Source of the DNA: an uncultured Candidatus Rokubacteria bacterium | GTDB lineage: Bacteria > Methylomirabilota > Methylomirabilia > Rokubacteriales > CSP1-6 | Length of the DNA: 64,000 bases | Direction: 5' to 3' | NCBI GenBank assembly: GCA_963771355.1 | Contig: CAVYTA010000006.1 | Coordinates: 128,001-192,000, forward strand | The notes under the pieces: generated by a model | Seen by the model: only the letters and a program-made list of their open reading frames with translations | What the model was told of the DNA's origin: nothing | Database searches by the model: none | Part shown: positions 27,917 through 37,710 of the stretch, one piece after another | Position numbering within the stretch: position 1 is the first letter of the stretch | How the letters are laid out: each line of letters starts with the position of its first letter | Program-made: the position numbers and the translations under genes

Positions 27917-29584
27917 ATGAAGATCAAGGCGGCCAATGGGTTTGCGCGGATCCTCAAGGCGGAGGGGATTCCGTGGGTGAGCTGCTATCCCACCAACCAC
28001 GTGAACAATGCGCTCGGCGAGGAAGGCGTCCCCATCCTCATGATGGGGGAGGAGCGTTTCGCGGTGGCGGTGGCCGACGGGGTCTCGCGCGTGACCAACG
28101 GGAAGCAGATCGGCGTGTGCACCGTGATGGCCAATCTCAACGCGGCCGGCATCCAGATGGCCTACGGCGCCATCGCCCAGGCATGGGAGGACTCCTCCCC
28201 GCTGCTCGTGATCGCCGAGGGCGTCGGCGTCGGCGCCAGCCGCCACACGCACTACGACATGGCGGAGGCCTTTCGGTCCGTCACCAAGTGGGTGGGCAAG
28301 GTGGACCGCGCGGACCTCGTGCCGGACTACGCGCGGCGCGCCTTCACCCATCTCCGGTCGGGGCGGCCCGGGCCCGTGCTCCTCATCATCCCCCGCGATC
28401 TCGGCGAGTACGACGAGGCCGAGCACCCGTACTCCACCGTGAAGGGCTGGCGGTCCGGTCCCGATCCCGACGACGTGCGGTCCGCCGTCAAGGCGCTGCT
28501 CGCCGCCAAGGATCCGCTGCTCTACGTGGGCGAGGGCGTGCTCTACGCCGACGCCACCGCCGAGCTCCGGCAGTTCGCCGAGGCCGCCCAGGTGCCGGTG
28601 CTCACCACGCTGAAGGCCAAGGGCGCGTTCCCCGAGAATCACCCGCTGTCGGTGGGCGTGCGCGGGTCGCTCGCCGAGCACTTCCTCCGCAAGGCCGATC
28701 TCCTCTTCTCCGTGGGCTCCAGCCTCTTCCCCAACCGGTTCAGCCACGCCATCCCCGACGCGGAGCAGAAGGCCATCGTCCAGTGCACGGTGGACCTCCT
28801 GGACATCAACCGGAGCTACGAGACCCGCCACGCCGTGATCGGGGACGCGAAGCTGACGCTCCAGGCTCTCCTGGGCGAGCTCTCGGCCCGGATGGGCGGG
28901 GCGCGCAAGAAGCCGGAGCTGATCGAGGAGATCCGCAAGGGCAAGGCGGAGTTCCTCGCCAAGTTCCGTCCCCTCATGGAGTCGAACGAGACGCCGCTCA
29001 ACCCCTACCGTGTGTTCGGCGACCTCATGAAGGTGCTCGACCCCATGAACTCGTTCGTCACCGCGGATTCCGGCAACACGCGCGACCAGACGAGCACGGT
29101 GTACGAGGCGCAGATCCCGCGCGGCTATCTGGGCTGGGGCAATGTCTCGACGCTGGGCTTCAGCCTGGCGGGCGCGGTGGCGGCCAAGCTCGCCTATCCG
29201 AACCGCCAATGCGTCAACGTCACCGGGGACGCGGGCGTGTGCTACATGATGGGCAACTTCGAGGCGGTGGCGCGCTACAAGATCGGCATCACCACGATCC
29301 ATATCAATAACGGCGGGTACTCGGGATATGGCCCCGGCTTCTGGGGCGCCGGGCACGACCCCCATACCTGGCAGGTCTCCGACCACAACGCGGCCTGCAT
29401 GTCCTCCATGGCGCGGGCGGTGGGCTTTCACGGCGAGGACGTGAGCCAGCCGTCGGAGGTGGTCCCGGCGCTCCGGCGTGCCCTCGACGAGAATGCCAAG
29501 GGGCGGCCGGCCTTTCTCGAGTTTCTCTGCTCGCATCACCCCGTTCACGGCGGCTGGGTGCGTTCCGGCGCGGGCGGCCATTGA
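27917..29584 (+). CDS. Thiamine-pyrophosphate-binding enzyme (ALS/decarboxylase family)
   Basis: EERFAVAVADG, RSGRPGPV, TGDAG..NNG TPP motif. Confidence 0.92.
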   Translation: MKIKAANGFARILKAEGIPWVSCYPTNHVNNALGEEGVPILMMGEERFAVAVADGVSRVTNGKQIGVCTVMANLNAAGIQMAYGAIAQAWEDSSPLLVIAEGVGVGASRHTHYDMAEAFRSVTKWVGKVDRADLVPDYARRAFTHLRSGRPGPVLLIIPRDLGEYDEAEHPYSTVKGWRSGPDPDDVRSAVKALLAAKDPLLYVGEGVLYADATAELRQFAEAAQVPVLTTLKAKGAFPENHPLSVGVRGSLAEHFLRKADLLFSVGSSLFPNRFSHAIPDAEQKAIVQCTVDLLDINRSYETRHAVIGDAKLTLQALLGELSARMGGARKKPELIEEIRKGKAEFLAKFRPLMESNETPLNPYRVFGDLMKVLDPMNSFVTADSGNTRDQTSTVYEAQIPRGYLGWGNVSTLGFSLAGAVAAKLAYPNRQCVNVTGDAGVCYMMGNFEAVARYKIGITTIHINNGGYSGYGPGFWGAGHDPHTWQVSDHNAACMSSMARAVGFHGEDVSQPSEVVPALRRALDENAKGRPAFLEFLCSHHPVHGGWVRSGAGGH

Positions 29585-30460
29585 TCGCGGTCACCCGGCT
29601 CGCCGCGGGCTTCGCGGCCCGGGTGGAGGGCGCCGATCTCACGCGCCCGCCTGGACGAGGCGACGTGGGGGGAGATCCGCGCTGCCTTCGAGGAGCACTC
29701 CGTGCTGGTCTTCCACGACCAGCCCCTGGACGACGAGTCGCAGATCGCCTTCAGCCGCCGCTTCGGCCCCCTCGAGGTGAGCGGGAGCGTCAATCCGGCG
29801 GCGGGCACTCATTTCGCGCGCCAGTCGAACCTGGACGTGAAGACCGGCGACCCGATCCCGGCGGAGGACCGCCGGATGGTCTATCAGCGCGCCAACATGC
29901 TGTGGCACACCGACTCCTCCTTCAAGACGGTGCCCTCACTGTGCTCGCTCCTCTCCGGGCGGATCGTGCCGCCCGAGGGCGGTGACACGGAGTTCGCGAG
30001 CACGCGCTGCGCCTACCCGAGCCTGCCGGAGGACCTGCGGCGGAAGGTCGAGGGGGCGGTCGCGGTGCACAGCTTCGCCTGGTCGCGCGATCAGGTGCAG
30101 CCCGGCTTTTTCACCGACACGGAGCGCGCGGAGTACCCGCCCGTCCGCCATCCGATGGTGCGCGTCAATCCCGTCAACGGGCGGAAGGCCCTCTTCCTGG
30201 GCGCGCATGCCTCCCACATCGAGGGGATGCCGCTGGAGGAGGGCCGCGCGCTCCTCGCGGCCATCCTGGAGCACGTGACGCAGCCCGAGTTCCGCTACCG
30301 TCACCGGTGGCGGGAAGGGGATCTCGTGATCTGGGACAATCGCTGCGTGCTCCACCGCGCGACGCCCTTCGACGCCGGCCGGCACCGGCGCCTCATGCAG
30401 CGGACCACGGTGGCCGGGGACGCCACCGAGGCGCGCCCCCTAGGTCAGATGCAAAGCTGA
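29581..30460 (+). pseudogene. TauD/TfdA alpha-KG dioxygenase with +1 frameshift near 29650
   Basis: N-terminus LIAVTRLAAGFAARVEGADLTRP continues as LDEATWGEIRAAFEEHSVLVF in the next frame; WHTDSSF, WDNRCVLH intact. Confidence 0.85.
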
Positions 30461-31322
30461 CTAGCCGCGAGACTCCGGCGCGCAACACTCGGGAGAGCGC
30501 GGCCAGTGCGAAGAAACCCAAGCCCAGCAACTGAAAGGACCACGGCTGCGGGATCTGGGCGATGACCAGTTGCGGCTCGCCGTAGAAGAAGTCGTCCATC
30601 ACCACCAGGTCGATGGTCGGGGTCTCGTTGGGCCCCAGCGCCGCGGTGCCGGTGACGATCCGAATGGAGCCGATGAGCGGATCACCGGGATCAGTGGTGA
30701 TCCCGAAGAACGAGAACGTCTGGTCGCCCTGGAAGGCCGGCACGTCGAAAACGCCCAGGGAATTACCGTTGGTGTCGAAATATTCGATGGTCGTCGCGCC
30801 CGACACGTCCACGTCCGAGAAGACCGCCCCGAAGCCCCGCACCCCTGCCGCCACGGCACCGCCCGAGCCCGGGATCGAGAAGGACCCGTCTGTGACGTTG
30901 CTGCCCACGGGGGCGAACAGTCGGTTCGCGCTGAAGGGCGCGAAGAGATTGGCGTACGTCGCGTTGATCAGGTCGAGGCTCAGCAAGCCGCCCGTGACCG
31001 GAGCCTGGGTCAGCCCGGTGCCCGGCGTGGTGAAGGTGCCGCCCCGCGTGTTCTGAAAGACGATGAAGGGCGTTGCCGGAGCGGTGCCGTCGGTCGCGCC
31101 CCCGCCATCCCAGTTGATCTCGCGGCGGCCAGCCCCCAACGGGCCGGCGTCATTGGCGTTGTTAGGATCCCCGAGGGCCGCTCGATATGCGTCCACAGTG
31201 GCCTGGATCGCGAGCGCGTTCGCACCCGCGCCGCTGAACATACTGACCGCGCCAGCGTCGATCGGCGCCGCCAGGAGCGTTCCTGCCAGCGCCACCACGA
31301 TTGACCGCATTGTCACTGTCAT
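30393..31322 (-). CDS. Secreted PEP-CTERM-like sorting-domain protein
   Basis: Signal peptide, GRREINWDG, GFGAVFSDVD, MDDFFYGEP, then IPQPWSFQLLGLGFFALAALSRVLR. Confidence 0.8.
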   Translation of the reverse strand: MTVTMRSIVVALAGTLLAAPIDAGAVSMFSGAGANALAIQATVDAYRAALGDPNNANDAGPLGAGRREINWDGGGATDGTAPATPFIVFQNTRGGTFTTPGTGLTQAPVTGGLLSLDLINATYANLFAPFSANRLFAPVGSNVTDGSFSIPGSGGAVAAGVRGFGAVFSDVDVSGATTIEYFDTNGNSLGVFDVPAFQGDQTFSFFGITTDPGDPLIGSIRIVTGTAALGPNETPTIDLVVMDDFFYGEPQLVIAQIPQPWSFQLLGLGFFALAALSRVLRAGVSRLVSFASDLGGAPRWRPRPPWSAA

Positions 31323-31349
31323 GAATGCTCCCCCTGCCTGTTCGCTTAG

Positions 31350-31365
31350 TGCATGGGAAGTGCCG
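31350..31365 (-). promoter_or_regulatory. Sigma54-like promoter for the PEP-CTERM-like gene
   Basis: Minus strand CGGCAC-TTCCC-ATGCA (GG-N10-GC). Confidence 0.6.
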
Positions 31366-31429
31366 GGGCGAGCATGCGCCTGGAAAGATAGCGAATCCAT
31401 CGGGGCGAAGAGGTTGGGTCTTTAAGAAT

Positions 31430-31546
31430 CGTAAAGTTTTCCGACAATGCGTCAGAGGATAATCTGCATAAGATAGCGTAATAGCTCATGTTCAGCGCTG
31501 TAGCCTGATGGTAATAAAACGTCCACTTTCTGGTAAAAGTTTACAC
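31430..31546. promoter_or_regulatory. AT-rich enhancer region with two GTAAA...ACA sites
   Basis: CGTAAAGTTTTCCGACA (31430-31446) and GGTAAAAGTTTACAC (31532-31546). Confidence 0.55.
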
Positions 31547-31612
31547 TTCCGCGGGTAGATCGCTGGGCGATCGCAGGCCAATTCAGCAGGGGGCGGCTCG
31601 ACCGCGGTCCGG

Positions 31613-31641
31613 TTGGCCCGCGCGCGGCGGGAGGCTATACT
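31613..31641 (+). promoter_or_regulatory. Sigma70-type promoter of thrC (short or no leader)
   Basis: TTGGCC-N17-TATACT-N9-ATG. Confidence 0.6.
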
Positions 31642-31650
31642 GAGCCCGAC

Positions 31651-32997
31651 ATGGCCTACAACGCTTGGTTTTCCTGCATCAACGGCTGCCCCGGAGAGTA
31701 CGACCTCCGCGAGGTCATCTACCGCTGCCCCACGTGCGGGGACCTCCTCGAGGTCCAGCACGACATGGAGGCGCTCAAGTCGCGGTCCGCCGCGGCCTGG
31801 ATCCAGCTCTTCGACGACCGCTACCGGCGCAACGTCTACCCGTACGGCTCCGGCGTCTGGGGCAAGAAGGAGTGGGTGGTCCCCTTCCTCGACAACGAGA
31901 ATATCGTGTCGATGTACGAGGGCAGCTCCAACCTTCTCTGGGCCGACCGCTACGGCAAGGCGTTGCGCATCGACGACCTCTGGGTGAAGCAGTGCGGGAA
32001 CTCGCATACGGGGTCGTTCAAGGACCTCGGCATGACGGTGCTGGTCTCCGTGGTCAAGCAGATGATTGCGGGCGGGGTGCCCATCGACGCGGTGGCCTGC
32101 GCGTCCACCGGCGACACCTCCGCCGCGCTGGGCGCCTACTGCGCGGCGGCCGGCATTCCGTCGGTGGTGCTCCTGCCCAAGGACAAGGTCTCCATCGCCC
32201 AGCTCGTGCAGCCGCTCGCCAACGGCTCCCTGGTGCTGTCGCTGGACACCGACTTCGACGGCTGCATGGCGGTGGTGCAGGAGATCACCAAGGAGAAGCG
32301 CATCTATCTGGCCAACTCGATGAACAGCCTCCGTATCGAGGGGCAGAAGACCGCGGCCATCGAGATCGTCCAGCAGTTCGACTGGGAAGTGCCCGACTGG
32401 ATCATCATCCCCGGCGGCAATCTGGGGAATGTCCACGCGCTCGGGCAGGGGTTCCTGATGATGCAGGAGCTGGGGCTGGTGAACCGGCTGCCGCGCATCT
32501 GCCTGGCCCAGGCCGAGCAGGCCAACCCGCTCTACCGCTCCTATCTGGAAGATTTCAAGACGTTCGAGCCGATCACCGCCCGTCCTACCCTGGCGATGGC
32601 GATCCAGATCGGCAACCCGGTGTCGGTCAAGCGCGCCATCCGCACCCTCCAGAAGTTCAACGGGGTGGTGGAGCAGGCCTCCGAGCAGGAGCTGGCCGAC
32701 GAGGCCGCGCGCGCGGACCGCACGGGCATGTTCAATTGCCCGCATACCGGCGTGGCGCTGGCGGCCCTGCGCAAGCTGGTGGACCGCAAGGTGATCCGCG
32801 CCAACGAGCGGGTGGTGGTCATCTCCACCGCCAACGGGCTCAAGTTCGCGGACCAGAAGGCGGCCTATCACATGGGCGAGCTGGCCGGCATCAAGCCCAT
32901 CCACCGCAACAAGCCCGTCGAGCTGCCCCCGGACGCCAAGCGGGTGGCCCGGGCCATCGCGCGGCACGTCGAGAAATCGCGCCAGCTCGTGTCCTGA
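31651..32997 (+). CDS. thrC: Threonine synthase (plant-like clade)
   Basis: [48 protein letters not shown]. Confidence 0.95.
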   Translation: MAYNAWFSCINGCPGEYDLREVIYRCPTCGDLLEVQHDMEALKSRSAAAWIQLFDDRYRRNVYPYGSGVWGKKEWVVPFLDNENIVSMYEGSSNLLWADRYGKALRIDDLWVKQCGNSHTGSFKDLGMTVLVSVVKQMIAGGVPIDAVACASTGDTSAALGAYCAAAGIPSVVLLPKDKVSIAQLVQPLANGSLVLSLDTDFDGCMAVVQEITKEKRIYLANSMNSLRIEGQKTAAIEIVQQFDWEVPDWIIIPGGNLGNVHALGQGFLMMQELGLVNRLPRICLAQAEQANPLYRSYLEDFKTFEPITARPTLAMAIQIGNPVSVKRAIRTLQKFNGVVEQASEQELADEAARADRTGMFNCPHTGVALAALRKLVDRKVIRANERVVVISTANGLKFADQKAAYHMGELAGIKPIHRNKPVELPPDAKRVARAIARHVEKSRQLVS

Positions 32998-34209
32998 TGA
33001 CCGACCACATCGAGCCGCCGAAGAAGCCGCTGGGCCCCAGCACGCTCTCGGTGCACGGGGGCGAGACGCGTCCCAAGCCCGCCAACTCGCTGGCGACCCC
33101 GATCGTCCAGACCGCGACCTTCACCTTCGCCAACACCCAGGAGCTGAAGGACCACTTCGACGGCAAGATCGAGCGGGTCGAGTACGGGCGTTACGGCAAT
33201 CCCACCCAGCGCGTCGCCGAGGCCAAGCTGACCGCGCTGGAGGGCGCCGGCGACTGCCTGCTCTTCGCCAGCGGCATGGCCGCCATGACCACCGCGCTCT
33301 TCGCCATGCTCTCGCGCGGCACCCATGCCGTGGTCACCGACGACAGCTACCGGCGCACCCGCCAGTTCCTCAACCAGACGCTGTCACGCTACGGCATCGA
33401 GGTCTCGACCGTGCCCGCCGGCGACTACGAGGCACTGGAGGACGCGATCCGGCCCACCACGCGCGTGCTGCTGAGCGAGTCGCCGACCAATCCCTATAAC
33501 CGCGTGCTCGACCTCGAGCGGTTCGCGGCCATCGGGCGCAAGCATCGGGTGAAGACGGTCATCGACGCCACCTTCGCCACCCCCTACAATGCCCGGCCGC
33601 TGGAGTGGGGTGTGGATCTCGTCATGCACTCCGCCACCAAGTATCTGGGCGGTCACAACGATCTCCTGGCCGGCGCGGTGCTGGGCTCGAAGGAGCTGGT
33701 GGACGCGATCCGGGGACTGCAGGGCATCACCGGCGCCATCGTCGATCCCTTCGCGGCCTATCTCCTGGTGCGGGGACTCAAGACGTTCGCGCTCCGGATG
33801 GAGCGGCAGAACGCCAACGCGCAGGCGGTGGCGGAGTTCCTCGCCGCCCACCCCCGCATCGAGACCGTGCACTACCCGGGACTGCCCACCCATCGCGAGC
33901 ACGACGTCGCGAAGCGGCAGATGCGCGGGTTCGGCGGCGTGGTCTCCTTCGAGGTGCGCGGGGATCTGGACGCGACCGCGCGGGTGGTCGACGCGTGCGC
34001 CATCCCGTACCTGGCGGTGTCGCTGGGCGGGGTGGAGAGCCTCATCGAGCAGCCCGCGATCATGAGCTTCTACGAGCTCACCACCGAGGAGCGTCTCGAG
34101 ATCGGGATCAAGGACAACCTGATCCGCTACGCGGTCGGGATCGAGGACAGCTGACGATCTGATCGCCGACCTCGCCCAGGCCCTGGACCGCGCCTTCGCC
34201 GGCGCCTAG
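32997..34209 (+). CDS. metB: Cystathionine gamma-synthase family PLP enzyme; +1 frameshift near 34149 cuts the last helix (as written stops at 34154)
   Basis: YGRYGNPT, ESPTNP, HSATKYLGGHND, SLGGVESLIEQPAIMSFY; tail ADDLIADLAQALDRAFAGA* in the next frame. Confidence 0.85.
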
Positions 34210-34224
34210 CTCCGACCGCGAGGA

Positions 34225-35685
34225 TCAGTGGTCGGCGTCCGCGTCGTCGCGAAGGAACGCCCGCACGCGCTCCATCACCTCGTCCTTCGGGTAGATCCCG
34301 TTCACGAACCGCGCGCGGGCCAGCGGGTCCCCGGCGAAGAAGCGCTCGTAGAGCACCTGCCGGCTGCCGAACGACGTGCCGGCGATGTCCCACGCCAGCC
34401 GGAAGAGCTTCACGCGGTCGCGGGCGGCCGCCGTGTCGGTGGCCAGATACTGCTCGATGTGCGGCCCCAGCGGGCCGCCGAAATCGCGCTCGGTCGGGGT
34501 GATCATGAAGCTGCTCGATCCGAGGAGCTGCAGAATCTCCACCATGCGCGGGTAGGCGGTCATGAACAGGTTGCGTGTCATCTCGATCGGCACTTCCGCC
34601 GGACACATCACGCCCCACTCGTCGAGCTGCGCGTCGGCTTCGGCCGCCCGTGTGCACGCCTTCATCAGCTCCGTGTACTGGATCAGCTCGGCAAGTCTCT
34701 CCTCCGAATGAGGCAGCTGTGCGTTGCCGAGCGTTTCCGTCACGAGCAAGGCGACACCGAGCACGAACTCGCACTTCGCGATGTTCTTCGCGGCGCCCTG
34801 GTGCGCGGTGTGGGCCATCGAGTGGGTCCGCGCGCCGGTCCCGTTGATGAGACCCACGTCGCCGAGCAGGAACACACGCTCCCATGGGACCAGCACGTCG
34901 TCGAAGAACACGACGCAGTCCATTTCCTCGAAGCGCGATCCGAGCGGGTGATCGAAGTGCGACCGGCCGAGGTCGAAGCTCTCGCGGCACAGGAACCTCA
35001 ATCCGGGCGTGCCGCACGGGATGGCGAAGTTCAGCGCAAATGGGCTATGGTCGCGCCCCATGTCGCTCATGCGCGGGGAGTACACCGCGATCTCGTCGGC
35101 CAGTGGGCCGAGCGTCGCCAGGATGCGCGAACCCCGGACAACGATGCCCGCGTCGGTCTCGCGGACGACGGCGAGGGCGGTACCGTCCTGGAGGTTCAGG
35201 CCTGACGCGCTGCGGCTCCGCTGCAGATTGATCAGAGCGTGCGTGAGGGTGAGATCGTGCTCGCGGATGTACTCGTGGTATCGCCGAACGTTGTCGCCAA
35301 ACTCGGGCCGATTCTGCGCGAAATACGAAGCCGCGCCCGCCCAGGCCGCGTAGGTGACGTTCATGAAGTCCGGCGAGCGGCCCATCATCCCGCACGTGCG
35401 CCGCGCCCAGCGCAGCATCATGCCACGTCGGCGCTCCAGGTCCTCCCGGGTGCGCGGAATGATGAACGAAAGCCCGACCCGATCGCCGCTCGACGGCGAC
35501 ACGTACGTCATCTCGCCGCCCAGCGTCGGGTCGTGCTGCATGTCGTAGAGCGCAGCGACGGCCCGCGCCCCGTTCGCCAAGCCGGGATGCGTCGTCACGT
35601 CCTTCACACGCTCTCCACCCAGCCACACCTGCCGCTCCTGCTCCCGCAGGCCGTGGATGTACGCGTGTCCTGTTCGTGCTGGCAT
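34225..35685 (-). CDS. hpaB: 4-hydroxyphenylacetate 3-monooxygenase oxygenase component
   Basis: ARTG..YI..L, GMMGRSPDF, DHPLGSRFEEMD, FGSRQVLYERFFAGDP. Confidence 0.9.
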   Translation of the reverse strand: MPARTGHAYIHGLREQERQVWLGGERVKDVTTHPGLANGARAVAALYDMQHDPTLGGEMTYVSPSSGDRVGLSFIIPRTREDLERRRGMMLRWARRTCGMMGRSPDFMNVTYAAWAGAASYFAQNRPEFGDNVRRYHEYIREHDLTLTHALINLQRSRSASGLNLQDGTALAVVRETDAGIVVRGSRILATLGPLADEIAVYSPRMSDMGRDHSPFALNFAIPCGTPGLRFLCRESFDLGRSHFDHPLGSRFEEMDCVVFFDDVLVPWERVFLLGDVGLINGTGARTHSMAHTAHQGAAKNIAKCEFVLGVALLVTETLGNAQLPHSEERLAELIQYTELMKACTRAAEADAQLDEWGVMCPAEVPIEMTRNLFMTAYPRMVEILQLLGSSSFMITPTERDFGGPLGPHIEQYLATDTAAARDRVKLFRLAWDIAGTSFGSRQVLYERFFAGDPLARARFVNGIYPKDEVMERVRAFLRDDADADH

Positions 35686-35772
35686 CTCATTGCGAATCTT
35701 AGGGCACTGACCCCCATTCGTCGAGGACATTGACCGAGGCACGGTGTCGGTCTAGTGTTTAGAACCGTGTCG

Positions 35773-36077
35773 ATGAAATCCGCGCTCGCGAGCTGCGCCG
35801 TCCTGCTCGCCGCGGCCGCTAGCCCGGCTGCCGGCCAGGAGATCCGGCCGACGCTCGACAAGATCAAGGAGACCGGGATCATCCAGATGGGGAACCGGGC
35901 GACGTCCCGTCCATTTTCCTTCCTCGGCAGCGACGGGCGGCCGGCGGGATTCTCGGTCGACCTCTGCGGACAGGTGGCCGACGCGATCCGAGAGTCGCTG
36001 AAGCTCCCCGGGGGCCCTTCGCGACGGCCAGCCCGCTGGTGAAGGCCCTCTACCTCCTTCATAGCTGGCCGGACTGA
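35773..36077 (+). pseudogene. Internally deleted amino-acid ABC substrate-binding protein (GltI-like)
   Basis: Signal peptide plus TLDKIKETG..RPFSF..GFSVDLC, then out-of-frame C-terminus SPLVKALYLLHSWPD*. Confidence 0.75.
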
Positions 36078-36108
36078 CCGTGAAGGACCTCATGTCGGAG
36101 GTACCGAG

Positions 36109-37167
36109 ATGAGCAGGGATACCCGGCGCGCGGTGATACTGGCGCTCGCGCTCCTGTTCGCGGCGCCGTCTCTAGGACAGGGCGAGACGCTCGGCGAGGC
36201 TTACCTCCGCGTCAGCACGTCGGTCGTCGTGATCCGGGCGCGGGGGGAGGAGGTAGGCGACTTCGGCCCGGTCACGTTCTCGGAGATCGGCTCGGGCGTC
36301 CTGATCTCGCCGGATGGGAAGGTGGCGACCGCGGCACATGTGGTCCAGACGATGGAGGACATCACGGTGGAGTTCCTCGGCGAGGAGCCCGTGCCCGCGC
36401 GCGTTATCGCCTCCGAGCAATGGGCCGACATCTCGATCATCCAGGTCTCGGTGGTGCCCCGTGGCGCCACCGTGTCCAAGCTCGCCGACTCCGACTCCGT
36501 CTCCATCGGCGATCCGGTCTTCATCGTGGGCGCGCCCTACGGGCTCAGCTATTCGCTGAGCGACGGGATCATCAGCGCGCGATGGGCGCCCGACACGGTC
36601 ACCAAGGACTTTCCGCTGGCCGAGTTCTTCCAGACCACCGCCACGATCAACACCGGCAACTCCGGCGGGCCGATGTTCAACCGGGCGGGCGAGCTGATCG
36701 GGATCGTCAGCCACAACATCTCGAAGTCCGGCGGGAGCGAAGGGCTCGGCTTCGTCGTCACCGCGAATACCGTGAGAAGCCTGCTGGTCGACCGGAACCG
36801 CGGGTTTTACGGGTTCGATGCCATTCTGGTGACGGGGGCGATGGCGCAAGCCCTCAAGGTGCCGCAGGCGGGCGGGTTCCTCGTGAAGCAGGTGGTCAAG
36901 GATACGGTGGCCAGCCAGATCGGGCTCAGGGGAGGAGACCGCACCGCCATCGTGGAAGGCCAGAAGATCGTCGTCGGGGGCGATATCTTGCTCGCGGTCC
37001 AGGGGATCCCCATGGCCAGCGGCGCCGACCGGGCCAAAGTCTTCAAGGGTCTCGAGTCGCTTCGAGTGGGCGACGACCTGCGGTTCACCGTCCTCCGCGA
37101 CGACAAGATCGTGGAGCTGACGATGAAGTGGACTGGCTTCCCGACTCAATTCATGCCGATGAAGTGA
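36109..37167 (+). CDS. HtrA/DegP-family trypsin-like serine protease with PDZ domain
   Basis: GSGVLI, TAAHVV, DISII, INTGNSGGP, C-terminal PDZ. Confidence 0.93.
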   Translation: MSRDTRRAVILALALLFAAPSLGQGETLGEAYLRVSTSVVVIRARGEEVGDFGPVTFSEIGSGVLISPDGKVATAAHVVQTMEDITVEFLGEEPVPARVIASEQWADISIIQVSVVPRGATVSKLADSDSVSIGDPVFIVGAPYGLSYSLSDGIISARWAPDTVTKDFPLAEFFQTTATINTGNSGGPMFNRAGELIGIVSHNISKSGGSEGLGFVVTANTVRSLLVDRNRGFYGFDAILVTGAMAQALKVPQAGGFLVKQVVKDTVASQIGLRGGDRTAIVEGQKIVVGGDILLAVQGIPMASGADRAKVFKGLESLRVGDDLRFTVLRDDKIVELTMKWTGFPTQFMPMK

Positions 37168-37179
37168 TCGGGAAGCGCG

Positions 37180-37569
37180 CTAGCGCCCGTCGAGGATGTG
37201 GCGGTCCGGCACCACGGCGAGAAACTCGCCCTCCAGCATGGGCTGGCCCGCCCGCCGCACCACCACCTTCACCCAGCGCTTCTTGCCCTCGCTGCGCTCG
37301 ACAGAGGCTTCCGCCTCCACGCGGTCGCCCACCACCACCGGGCCCAGGAACTTCAGCGTGGCGCCCGCCAGCACCACGGTGGGTTCGTTGACGGCGAGCA
37401 TGGCGGCATAGTCGGCGAGGCCGAAGGTGAAGCCGCCATGCGCCAGGCCGCGCGCGTCGGCGGCCATGTCGCCGGTGATCTCGAGGGCGACGCGCGCCCG
37501 CCCCTCGGCGAGCTCGACGGGCTTGCCGCACAGATGCGCCGCGATCCGTTCGTGAGTCCGCTGGTCCAT
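37180..37569 (-). CDS. PaaI-family hotdog thioesterase
   Basis: GLAHGGFTFGLADYAA, KFLGPV. Confidence 0.88.
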   Translation of the reverse strand: MDQRTHERIAAHLCGKPVELAEGRARVALEITGDMAADARGLAHGGFTFGLADYAAMLAVNEPTVVLAGATLKFLGPVVVGDRVEAEASVERSEGKKRWVKVVVRRAGQPMLEGEFLAVVPDRHILDGR

Positions 37570-37636
37570 GGCCATCCTCCCCGCCCGAGTGTACGCGAAG
37601 TGCGCCGGAGCCCGCATTGACCCGCGCCGTCCTCAT

Positions 37637-37665
37637 TTGACCCTCGGCCCCGGGCCCCGTATCAT
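37637..37665 (+). promoter_or_regulatory. Sigma70-type promoter
   Basis: TTGACC-N17-TATCAT. Confidence 0.6.
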
Positions 37666-37710
37666 CGGCCCCGGCCGAGCTGCTCCCCGCTGCTCCAGAA
37701 AGGACTGGTC

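Noticed and set aside
31665..32996. Apparent 829-aa MetB with a long N-terminal extension
   Set aside because: The extension is an alternative frame of thrC; the real start is ATG 32997
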